From the IMG/VR virus record IMGVR_UViG_3300027974_000021: a stretch of DNA of 64,000 nucleotides; one strand, written 5' to 3'. The stretch comes from a virus. Position numbers and translations under genes: made by a program. Shown here piece by piece: positions 38,762-46,464 of the stretch (positions are counted from its first letter, which is position 1; each line of letters begins with the position of its first letter). The notes beneath the pieces were generated by a model. The model was not told the origin of the DNA. It searched no databases and saw only the letters and a list, made by a program, of their open reading frames with translations.

Positions 38762-39361
38762 ATGTGGCTTGGAAATCCTACATCTTATTCAAATTATAGT
38801 GCTTTAAGTGCTATGATGATTGCTTTAATGAGCGACTATGCTGAATGGCGAAGTCAAAGATCATTCGAAGATACAGTAAATGCTGACGATCGTTATTCTA
38901 TGCCTATTAATAATAGAGGTGGGTTTAAAGCATTACCATTGATTGATGCTCGTAAAATAAACGAACAATTAGAAGATAGATATCTTTGGAAACGTACTAC
39001 TACTCAATTCTATAATATTCCTGGAGCAATAGACTTATGTGTCAATATGATACGTCCAGGAAAAATGTTGCCAGTACATCACGATGGTTATGTTTGGGAT
39101 TGGATACGTCAAAGTATGGGAGATCCTACAATTGAAGGATATACTGTAAGTTTTGGTATTGATATACCTGAACCTGAAAAGCAAGCATTATTATTTGATG
39201 GTGAAAAGAAAATCTGGAAGACAGGTGAGTTTGTAGCATTTAACGGACACGATATTCAACACAGTTTAAAAAATGAAGCAACAAACCCAGAGCATTGGCG
39301 AGTGACGGCTGTAATGGAAATTGATAAAAAATATTTTAACAACTATTCTGTTGGTTTATGA
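38762..39361 (+). CDS. AspH/LpxO-like beta-hydroxylase
   Basis: IRPGKMLPVHHD...WKTGEFVAFNG..QHSLKN...WRVTAVMEI. Confidence 0.78.
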   Translation: MWLGNPTSYSNYSALSAMMIALMSDYAEWRSQRSFEDTVNADDRYSMPINNRGGFKALPLIDARKINEQLEDRYLWKRTTTQFYNIPGAIDLCVNMIRPGKMLPVHHDGYVWDWIRQSMGDPTIEGYTVSFGIDIPEPEKQALLFDGEKKIWKTGEFVAFNGHDIQHSLKNEATNPEHWRVTAVMEIDKKYFNNYSVGL

Positions 39362-39621
39362 GTTTAGATAACGATCAATTACAACAAGAAATTTACGATG
39401 ATATATTTAAGAATGCTATGGATCTTATAGTTAAACATTCAAGTAATTTAGAAGTTAATCAATTAGTTTCAAGTACGATGCTCGCAATAGCTATTCGTTT
39501 TTATAAATCAGCTTTAACTGATTTAGATTATCAAAAATTTTTAAATTCAATTATAGAAGTTGGACAAGAAGCAAGACCATTTGGTGTTGCTGAAATATTA
39601 CCAAAAAGAAAATTGAATTAA
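39358..39621 (+). CDS. Hypothetical protein
   Basis: ORF track; ATGA overlap. Confidence 0.55.
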   Translation: MSLDNDQLQQEIYDDIFKNAMDLIVKHSSNLEVNQLVSSTMLAIAIRFYKSALTDLDYQKFLNSIIEVGQEARPFGVAEILPKRKLN

Positions 39622-39655
39622 CTAAATAGGTTTGCTTTTAACAGAGGAGGGTATT

Positions 39656-39760
39656 ATGACTCTTTTTGTTTATGAAGTAATAGTTCTTATTTTATCTGTT
39701 ATTATGTTAGGAATATCTGTTTTTTATATGTTTAAAATTGACAAAGCAAAGAAAAAATAA
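39656..39760 (+). CDS. Single-pass membrane micropeptide (34 aa)
   Basis: Manual translation MTLFVYEVIVLILSVIMLGISVFYMFKIDKAKKK; GAGGAGG SD; ACTAAATA at 39621. Confidence 0.6.
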   Translation: MTLFVYEVIVLILSVIMLGISVFYMFKIDKAKKK

Positions 39761-39775
39761 TTATTATTTTATACT

Positions 39776-40351
39776 ATGAATATCTTTTACTTAGATAAAA
39801 ATCCTAAAATTTGTGCGACAATGCACTGCGATAAACATGTAGTCAAAATGATTATAGAGTATGCGCAGTTATTGTCAACTGCGCACCGAGTCCTAGACGG
39901 AACTTCAAACAACATCCTTACCAAATCAAAACGCAAATATACCACTTGGATTCATCCAACTCCATTAATGGAATCTACATTGTATAAATCTACTATGAAG
40001 AATCATCCATCAGCTATATGGGTTCGTGAGAGTGTGTCACATTATGAGTATTTGAAAGAATTATGGAAACATTTATCAGACGAATATACTCATCGTTATG
40101 GTAAGACACATAGCACTTATATCAAATTAAAAGATGTATTAAAATTAAATCCAATCAACATACCTAATATTCCATTCAAAGATCCACCACCAGCAATGAG
40201 TAATTTTCCATTATGTATTGTACCAAATAATAGTCTTTACTCTTATTATAATTATTACATAGTGGCAAAGAATTATTTTGCTAAATGGACTAATCGACCG
40301 ATACCTGAATGGTACTCAACAGGGTTATCAACAAAGAAATTATATGCCTAA
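39776..40351 (+). CDS. Pyrimidine-dimer DNA glycosylase (DenV)-like conserved protein
   Basis: MNIFYLD...HCDKHVVKMIIEYAQLLSTAHR...NHPSAIWVR...YTHRYGKTH. Confidence 0.75.
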   Translation: MNIFYLDKNPKICATMHCDKHVVKMIIEYAQLLSTAHRVLDGTSNNILTKSKRKYTTWIHPTPLMESTLYKSTMKNHPSAIWVRESVSHYEYLKELWKHLSDEYTHRYGKTHSTYIKLKDVLKLNPINIPNIPFKDPPPAMSNFPLCIVPNNSLYSYYNYYIVAKNYFAKWTNRPIPEWYSTGLSTKKLYA

Positions 40352-40604
40352 TTATACATTTGAAAATAAAAAAACTAAAAAAGAATTTTCATTAACAATG
40401 AAAATGGATGAACTTGAATTATATTTAAAAGCAAATCCAGATGTTCAACAAATATTTAATACATTTCCTGGAATTGCTGCACCATGGAACGTTGGAGGTG
40501 TGACTGGAAAAGCTACAAATGCAAAAAAAGGTTTTAAAGAGGTATTAAATAGAATACACAAACGTACTCCTGGAAGTCGTTTAAATAAAACAACGGACAT
40601 GTAA
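40344..40604 (+). CDS. FmdB-like small regulatory protein
   Basis: MPNYTFEN start; GFKEVLNRIH...PGS C-terminus. Confidence 0.6.
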   Translation: MPNYTFENKKTKKEFSLTMKMDELELYLKANPDVQQIFNTFPGIAAPWNVGGVTGKATNAKKGFKEVLNRIHKRTPGSRLNKTTDM

Positions 40605-40613
40605 GGATAAAAA

Positions 40614-41234
40614 ATGAGTATATTTACAGAAGAAAGATTAGGAAAAGCATTATATTTAACAGATGCAAATACATTAACCAATTGGTATAATGCCTTACTC
40701 GATTCATTACCAGAAGATATGATTGAGAGTCCGAGTCGTATTGCTGGTTTCTTAGCACAAACATCACACGAGTCTGGTAAATATAAATTTTTAGCAGAAA
40801 ATTTAAACTATTCTGATAAAGGTTTATTAAAAACATTCCCAAAATACTTTAATGAGAGTAATGTAATGGATTATGCTCGTAAGCCAGAAGCAATCGCAAA
40901 TAGAGTTTATGCGAATCGTATGGGAAATGGTGATGAAGCATCAGGTGATGGTTGGAGATATTGTGGAAGAGGACTTATACAATTGACAGGTAAGAATAAC
41001 TATCAAGCATTTGCTAATAGTGAACAAATGAATATAGAAGAAGTTCCTGATTATTTAATTACATATGTTGGTGCTGTAAGATCTGCTCTTTGGTTTTGGA
41101 ATAAAAATAATTTAAATGACACAGCTGATCTCGGAGATTTACTAATGATGACAAAGAAAATAAATGGAGGAACACATGGACTTGCTGAAAGAACAGCTGA
41201 ATACAAAAGAATCCTTGAAATATATTCAGCCTAG
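40614..41234 (+). CDS. Endolysin, glycoside hydrolase family 19
   Basis: FLAQTSHESG, ENLNYS, GRGLIQLTGKNNY, TKKINGG. Confidence 0.9.
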   Translation: MSIFTEERLGKALYLTDANTLTNWYNALLDSLPEDMIESPSRIAGFLAQTSHESGKYKFLAENLNYSDKGLLKTFPKYFNESNVMDYARKPEAIANRVYANRMGNGDEASGDGWRYCGRGLIQLTGKNNYQAFANSEQMNIEEVPDYLITYVGAVRSALWFWNKNNLNDTADLGDLLMMTKKINGGTHGLAERTAEYKRILEIYSA

Positions 41235-41916
41235 CAAAAGGTTCACTCATCTTTCAATTGAGTTTCCTAAGTTAGAAAGAATAGATTCTGCTGGGAGTAG
41301 AGTTTATAAAACACCAACAGGAAATCTATATCCTTCAGTGACAAGCATCACATCATTACAAAATAGATCAAGTATTATTGAATGGAGGACTAGAGTAGGA
41401 AATACTGAAGCAAATCGTATATCAAAACAAGCATCATCACGTGGTACTTTAATTCATAAATGGTCTGAAAAGTATTTACTTAATGATGGATTTGAATATG
41501 ATACAGAAGATTTAGTAGAAACAACTTTGTCTCAAGATTTTACTAATTTTATGCCAGTGTTAAATGAAATTGATAATATAATGGCACTTGAAACACCTTT
41601 ATATTCTCATGAATTACAATGTGCTGGTACAGTTGATTGTATAGCTACATTTAAGAATAAAGTTTCTTTAATTGATTTTAAAACAGCATCAAGACCAAAA
41701 GAAAAGAAATGGATTCAAAACTACTTTATGCAAGCATCAGCATACGCACATATGTTTAAAGAATTAAAAGGACAACCTATACAACAAACTGTATTATTGT
41801 TTTTAGTAGATGGTGGTGAAACACAAATATTCACTGAGAATCCAAATAGTCATCTTGAGATGTTTAGATTTTATAGAGAACAATATAGAAAAGAAAATGA
41901 ATTGGCAGTCGAATAA
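41164..41916 (+). CDS. PD-(D/E)XK exonuclease (Cas4/RecB-like); start uncertain
   Basis: YPSVTSI, RGTLIH, AGTVDC, IDFKT, QASAY. Confidence 0.85.
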   Translation: MEEHMDLLKEQLNTKESLKYIQPSKRFTHLSIEFPKLERIDSAGSRVYKTPTGNLYPSVTSITSLQNRSSIIEWRTRVGNTEANRISKQASSRGTLIHKWSEKYLLNDGFEYDTEDLVETTLSQDFTNFMPVLNEIDNIMALETPLYSHELQCAGTVDCIATFKNKVSLIDFKTASRPKEKKWIQNYFMQASAYAHMFKELKGQPIQQTVLLFLVDGGETQIFTENPNSHLEMFRFYREQYRKENELAVE

Positions 41917-42079
41917 AGGATTCGTCGCAAAAGAGTATAAAGCATTTGGTGAAAATGCATGGGGTCAAAAAGTATTTGTAATTAAGTATAAGGGATTTTC
42001 TAATGTCACAGTAGAGAATGATTTTAACCAATGGATAAAAGAAGTAGATGACCTCGCAATTGAAAAGAAAACAAAATAA
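41897..42079 (+). CDS. Hypothetical protein
   Basis: ORF track; internal ATG chosen. Confidence 0.45.
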   Translation: MNWQSNKGFVAKEYKAFGENAWGQKVFVIKYKGFSNVTVENDFNQWIKEVDDLAIEKKTK

Positions 42080-42120
42080 AACATTTAAATCTCCTTTTTT
42101 AAGTGGAAGTGATATGAAAC

Positions 42121-43341
42121 ATGTACGAACTAAAAGAAATAAGTCCAGCAGAAAATCTTAAGAGAGTTATTAAGACTGATGGATATTGGGTACATTACGA
42201 GAATCGTACTAACTTAGAAGTACAGTCTGGTAATTGTTCGTTCACATTAGGTTATAATCATAAAGAATTAAAGAGTCTATTACCAACGAATGAGATTGAT
42301 TTTCTTCGTGGTAATAGTGGTGAGTCCGCAGAGCCTGTTGATCGTTTAAGTGAAACACTAACAAAAGAAGCTGGTATGGATGGCATCGCCTATGCTGTAT
42401 CTGGTTCAGATGGTAATGAGTGTGCTTTTTATATTAATGATTTATATTGGACTAATAAAGGTGAACCGAATCGAAGATATATAATTTCAATACCACCTTG
42501 TTATCATGGAACTACAGTTGTTTGTCGAAGTGCAAATAATGATATCGTAGAGAAAAGACAGAGTCGTTTTGTACCGATACGTGGAAGAACTTGGTACACA
42601 ACAGAAGATAGTATTGCGAACGAAACAAATGTACTCGAACAAATAATCGAAACATTTAAGAGTCGTAATGATATTGGTGCTATTTTAATTGAGAGTTATC
42701 CATGGAATAAAACAATTGCTCCATGGAGTCATAACTTCTATCAACTACTACGTGCAACTGCTACGTTATATGGTGCAAATTTAATCGTAGATGATATTGC
42801 AGGTTATGGTGGTAAGATAGGAACACTCTTTACTCATACAGCTTATAATATAAAACCTGATATGGTGACAATTGGTAAAGCACTTACAAATGGACTAATA
42901 CCATTATCAGCTTGTTTAATTAATGATAAAGTATTGAAACAAGTAAAGACTACATTTAATTGGGGGCATACTTGGCAACCGAATATGTATGGTGTGCGAG
43001 TAGCGAATCGTTGTATAGAGTTAATCAAAGAACGAATGGCATACTCGAAAGTAATCGAAAAGAATTTAAACGATATAGGTGATCGTTTAAAGAGTAAAGG
43101 ACTCGTGAGAAACGTAATTGGGAATGGAGTATGGAAGTCTTTTGTACCAGAACCAAATCCAATACCAATCTCGTTAGCTGAGATTGATAAAGCAGGAATG
43201 TCAGCAACAACGAACGAGAATACAATTAAGACAATTATACCACTAATTGCTGATGATATATACTTTGAAGAATTAGAAAAGCGATTAGAGGTTTGCTTTA
43301 CAAATATAAAAGAACAAAGAACACAAGGACTATTGATATGA
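42121..43341 (+). CDS. Class-III PLP-dependent aminotransferase (paralog of 21796..23019)
   Basis: MYELK/R start, QSGNxxFTLGY, SGSDGNE, YHGT, DDIAGYGGK, PDMVTIGKAL, WGHTWQP. Confidence 0.88.
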   Translation: MYELKEISPAENLKRVIKTDGYWVHYENRTNLEVQSGNCSFTLGYNHKELKSLLPTNEIDFLRGNSGESAEPVDRLSETLTKEAGMDGIAYAVSGSDGNECAFYINDLYWTNKGEPNRRYIISIPPCYHGTTVVCRSANNDIVEKRQSRFVPIRGRTWYTTEDSIANETNVLEQIIETFKSRNDIGAILIESYPWNKTIAPWSHNFYQLLRATATLYGANLIVDDIAGYGGKIGTLFTHTAYNIKPDMVTIGKALTNGLIPLSACLINDKVLKQVKTTFNWGHTWQPNMYGVRVANRCIELIKERMAYSKVIEKNLNDIGDRLKSKGLVRNVIGNGVWKSFVPEPNPIPISLAEIDKAGMSATTNENTIKTIIPLIADDIYFEELEKRLEVCFTNIKEQRTQGLLI

Positions 43342-43823
43342 ACGATAAACAATCTGCAGAAAAAACTACATATTTTCAATCAGAAAATGAAATACCTGAT
43401 TGGTATATAAACTATGCTGAAGGAACACCTGCATTTGCAGAGTACTTTAAACTTCAACTTCTTAAATTTGAACAGTTTGAAGATCAATCACTTTTAAACA
43501 CTGTTGCTCTTACAGTTGCAACTGTAAACAATTCAAAAGATCTAATGCATGATATAAGTCAAACGATGTTTGATAGAAATTTCGTGTATAGTCGAGATAT
43601 GGTAATGGGAGCAATCGCTGAGTGCTTAAATGACTATGCATTAATCGATAAGAATTATATACTAGGAGAAGATACCGATGAAGCGAGAGTTCGAATGACT
43701 GTTGCAATATTAAGAGGTATGCCTAAATCGTTATTCCTTGATTGGAACGAAACAAGAACAGAAGAAGAGCATAAAATACGTGCGATTATTGGTATAGTTG
43801 ACGTTATAAGCAAAATCATCTAA
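43338..43823 (+). CDS. Hypothetical protein, possibly a degenerate AhpD-like fold
   Basis: Weak resemblance to AhpD helices; no CxxC. Confidence 0.4.
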   Translation: MNDKQSAEKTTYFQSENEIPDWYINYAEGTPAFAEYFKLQLLKFEQFEDQSLLNTVALTVATVNNSKDLMHDISQTMFDRNFVYSRDMVMGAIAECLNDYALIDKNYILGEDTDEARVRMTVAILRGMPKSLFLDWNETRTEEEHKIRAIIGIVDVISKII

Positions 43824-43885
43824 ACCACTCTCAAAACACGTTAAAATAGGTTTAAACCCTATTCTATAATGAGAGTGAACTATTC

Positions 43886-43965
43886 TAAACCATTGATTTA
43901 TATAGCTTATTTTTTACTACCTTTGGTTTAAAAAGCTTTACTTTTAAGAATTTTTAAGGTATAAT
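43886..43965 (+). promoter_or_regulatory. Early promoter with upstream IHF-like box
   Basis: TAAACCATTGATT (reverse complement of WATCAA-N4-TTR), then TTTACT-N17-TATAAT (43937-43965). Confidence 0.7.
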
Positions 43966-44046
43966 ATACCTAAATAACATATAAGATTTGTTCTTATTCT
44001 TCTTCCCAAGAAGTTTAAGATTGTGAACTATATTGATGAAAAAACT

Positions 44047-44370
44047 ATGAAGCCATATAATCGAAACTTTCGAAGCACAAAAGACTTCAAGTCAAACGAC
44101 AAAAGAAATAGATTTGACTCGCCAAAGAAAACTTATTCAACACCTCATTACGAGCGTCCAAAAGAAACTGGTCTTGAAGTATTGGTTGAGAATGATAATA
44201 TTGAAAAGGCAATCCGAAGACTTAAAAAGAAAGTTGATCGCGAGGGTTTGATCCGTGAGATAAGAGATCGAGCCACTTATAGCAAACCATCAGAGAAACG
44301 TAAGATTGCAGCACAGAACGCAAGAGATCGTTGGCTGAAATATAAACGTGACCGAGATCGTTTGATTTAA
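44047..44370 (+). CDS. rpsU: Ribosomal protein bS21 with N-terminal extension
   Basis: VLVENDNIEKAIRRLKKKVDREGLIREIRDRATYSKPSEKRK core. Confidence 0.88.
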   Translation: MKPYNRNFRSTKDFKSNDKRNRFDSPKKTYSTPHYERPKETGLEVLVENDNIEKAIRRLKKKVDREGLIREIRDRATYSKPSEKRKIAAQNARDRWLKYKRDRDRLI

Positions 44371-44411
44371 AATAAAACCTAATATAATCTAATTCGAAAG
44401 GAAAAGAGTAT

Positions 44412-45005
44412 ATGAAAAGTTTGAATTTACAGGATGTGGGTAGGCGAGTGCGTCTCGCTATATTCCTCCTAATCCTATTACCATTCCTAATTATTCCAAG
44501 CATTACTACTTCAGCAGACGAAGAGTCACCTGAGTTTATTTGCTTAGTTGAGAACATTTACTTTGAGAGTAAAGGTGAATCAATGCGAGGAAAGATCGCT
44601 GTTGGAGTTGTCACTCTGAATCGTCTCAAAGATTCTCGATACCCTAAAACAATCTGCGAGGTTGTAAAGCAGGGTCCAGTAAGAGAATCTTGGAAAACAA
44701 GACAAGATCCCAATCTTACAGCCGACCAACGTTTATACAATCCAGTCCGTCATCGTTGCCAATTCTCTTGGTGGTGTGATGGATATAAAGAACGGATTAA
44801 GTATGATGAAAACTGGATCGATTCAGTGCGAGCAGCAAAGTCTGCTCTGACTGGTAAGTACGATGATCTAGTGGATGGAGCAACACATTACCATGCTGTC
44901 TATGTGACACCTGAATGGGCGAATCGTTTAAGATTCATCGTTCAGATTGATAATCATAAATTCTATGAATACCCAAAAACTTCCAAAGTCGCAAGTCTAT
45001 TCTAA
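44412..45005 (+). CDS. Cell-wall hydrolase (SleB/Hydrolase_2)
   Basis: N-terminal TM; CLVENIYFESKGE, VTLNR, CQFSWWCDG, GATHYHA, IDNHKFY. Confidence 0.88.
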   Translation: MKSLNLQDVGRRVRLAIFLLILLPFLIIPSITTSADEESPEFICLVENIYFESKGESMRGKIAVGVVTLNRLKDSRYPKTICEVVKQGPVRESWKTRQDPNLTADQRLYNPVRHRCQFSWWCDGYKERIKYDENWIDSVRAAKSALTGKYDDLVDGATHYHAVYVTPEWANRLRFIVQIDNHKFYEYPKTSKVASLF

Positions 45006-45008
45006 ATC

Positions 45009-45043
45009 CAAAGGCACTCATCCTTCTCAACCGAGTGCCTTTG
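45009..45043 (+). terminator. Stem-loop after the hydrolase gene (possible terminator)
   Basis: 11-bp inverted repeat CAAAGGCACTC/GAGTGCCTTTG; weak U tail. Confidence 0.45.
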
Positions 45044-45101
45044 CAACCCTCGCATCCCTCTCTCCTATATACTTAAATCTAACCAGAGCGTCGTCGTTTT
45101 T

Positions 45102-45275
45102 ATGAAAAGAACTGCAATCTGCTCAATCTGCGGAATTACTGCATACGTTCCAATCTCAAGATCATTACTCGCACTCTTACAATTTAACTGTAATTCGAAG
45201 CATGCTGAAAGATTCGGAGTCTGTGAATTTAAGCTTACAAAGAAGACTCAGAAGAGAAAGGTTTCGGGCACCTAG
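45102..45275 (+). CDS. Small Cys-rich protein (57 aa) overlapping the 5' end of tRNA-Val
   Basis: Manual translation MKRTAICSICG...NCNSKH...VCEFK; no clear SD. Confidence 0.35.
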   Translation: MKRTAICSICGITAYVPISRSLLALLQFNCNSKHAERFGVCEFKLTKKTQKRKVSGT

Positions 45276-45340
45276 TTCATTGGTAGAACACGTGGTCGAC
45301 ATCCACGGGGTGGCAGGTTCGATTCCTGCGGTGCCCACCA
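45266..45340 (+). tRNA. tRNA-Val(GAC)
   Basis: Acceptor GGGCACC/GGTGCCC, anticodon arm CGTGG-TCGACAT-CCACG, TTCGATT loop, ACCA end. Confidence 0.88.
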
Positions 45341-45341
45341 T

Positions 45342-45417
45342 GCCCTAATAGCTCAATTGGTAGAGCAACTGATTTGTAATCAGTAGGTTGGGAGTTCAAG
45401 TCTTCCTTAGGGCACCA
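45342..45417 (+). tRNA. tRNA-Thr(TGT)
   Basis: Acceptor GCCCTAA/TTAGGGC, anticodon arm ACTGA-TTTGTAA-TCAGT, ACCA end. Confidence 0.92.
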
Positions 45418-45549
45418 AATTCTTGGAAACGGATGATTTGGTGTTAAAAAGCAAGGAAATACGATGCTGAACCTCACGAACGACACACAGCGACATTCTC
45501 CTCGCATTCCTTCGCGCAGACCCAGACACTCCCACACTCCCCTTCGAAA

Positions 45550-45563
45550 CACTAGATCTAGTG
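45550..45563. repeat. Perfect 14-bp palindrome CACTAGATCTAGTG
   Basis: Read directly in a non-coding region. Confidence 0.9.
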
Positions 45564-45607
45564 GGTACTCTTTTCGTTCTCTCTAAAACCATGTAAATAA
45601 ATTCAGT

Positions 45608-45643
45608 TTTCGCCTTAATTTCGCCTTAATTGTAGGGTATAAT
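45608..45643 (+). promoter_or_regulatory. Promoter with tandem TTTCGCCTTAATT repeat (TTAA-N7-TTAA) over the -35 position
   Basis: TATAAT at 45638-43; TTAA-TTTCGCC-TTAA at 45615-45629. Confidence 0.55.
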
Positions 45644-45649
45644 ATTCGT

Positions 45650-45865
45650 ATGAAAACAAATAAAAAGGAAATAAGTATGACTGATACGTTTTGGAAACTA
45701 ACTTACTCGGATGGTGAAATTGAATATACTGAATTCGCTCCCTATTCGAATAAGTCTTATTATGAGTATGAGCGTCTTGAAAGTGTTGGAAATCCTGTGA
45801 TTCGATTTGAACTAGTTCGTGCTGATAAATCGAATAATGATTTAAGATTTGTGAGTGTTGCTTAA
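45650..45865 (+). CDS. Hypothetical early protein (start 45650 or 45677)
   Basis: ORF track; AAGGA SD before 45677. Confidence 0.55.
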   Translation: MKTNKKEISMTDTFWKLTYSDGEIEYTEFAPYSNKSYYEYERLESVGNPVIRFELVRADKSNNDLRFVSVA

Positions 45866-45972
45866 TGAAAAACTTTATAAATGAATCTTGGGTTGCTGTG
45901 CTAGTATTGGTGGCATTGATTGCTGCTGGTTATGGTGCAATGCATTTAATTCTATACTTCGGAGGATACTAA
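45865..45972 (+). CDS. Small TM protein (35 aa)
   Basis: Manual translation MKNFINESWVAVLVLVALIAAGYG...; TAATG coupling on both sides. Confidence 0.55.
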   Translation: MKNFINESWVAVLVLVALIAAGYGAMHLILYFGGY

Positions 45973-46148
45973 TGAAAACGAGAGAACTTTGGCTTGACTT
46001 CGAAACATGGTTGGAAAGAAATTATAATAGGAATGTGTCGGATCTATCCTGGAATGCATATGTTTTATTAAGTAAAGAATATAATTCTGAAAGATTGTCT
46101 ACTCGAAAGTACGAGACAAGGACAGAGAAAGGAATAGCGAATGATTAA
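45972..46148 (+). CDS. Hypothetical early protein
   Basis: GGAGG SD; MKTRELWLDF start. Confidence 0.55.
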   Translation: MKTRELWLDFETWLERNYNRNVSDLSWNAYVLLSKEYNSERLSTRKYETRTEKGIAND

Positions 46149-46464
46149 AACTGCATTATATTTAAATAAAGAGAATATGCATCAATCAGTGTATAAATTC
46201 ACTGGTAAATACGAACTCGTAGTGGAACAGGAAATACTCGCTTCTTCGAGAGATGAAGCATTTGAACTGTATTTAAAAGAGGGTGGATTAAACTACTCGA
46301 GAATAACATCGGATTTGACCGAAAACTCTCCGAGAATCGAAACTACTTATATTGATGCGATGACACCAGAGATGGAGATTAAGTATGTCGGAACTGTGGT
46401 GGCTTCGAGAGATGACGAGAACGAAGTGGAACTCGAGAATGCGTTAGGAGGATATAGTGGCTAA
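46141..46464 (+). CDS. Hypothetical early protein
   Basis: ORF track; AAGGA SD. Confidence 0.6.
   Translation: MIKTALYLNKENMHQSVYKFTGKYELVVEQEILASSRDEAFELYLKEGGLNYSRITSDLTENSPRIETTYIDAMTPEMEIKYVGTVVASRDDENEVELENALGGYSG

Noticed and set aside
41164-41916. Cas4-like nuclease as evidence of a CRISPR system
   Set aside because: No repeat-spacer array or other cas genes were seen; a stand-alone exonuclease is common in T4-like phages.
45277-45592. Minus-strand ORFs of 91 and 61 aa
   Set aside because: They are antisense to two clear tRNAs and the non-coding palindrome region; shadow ORFs.
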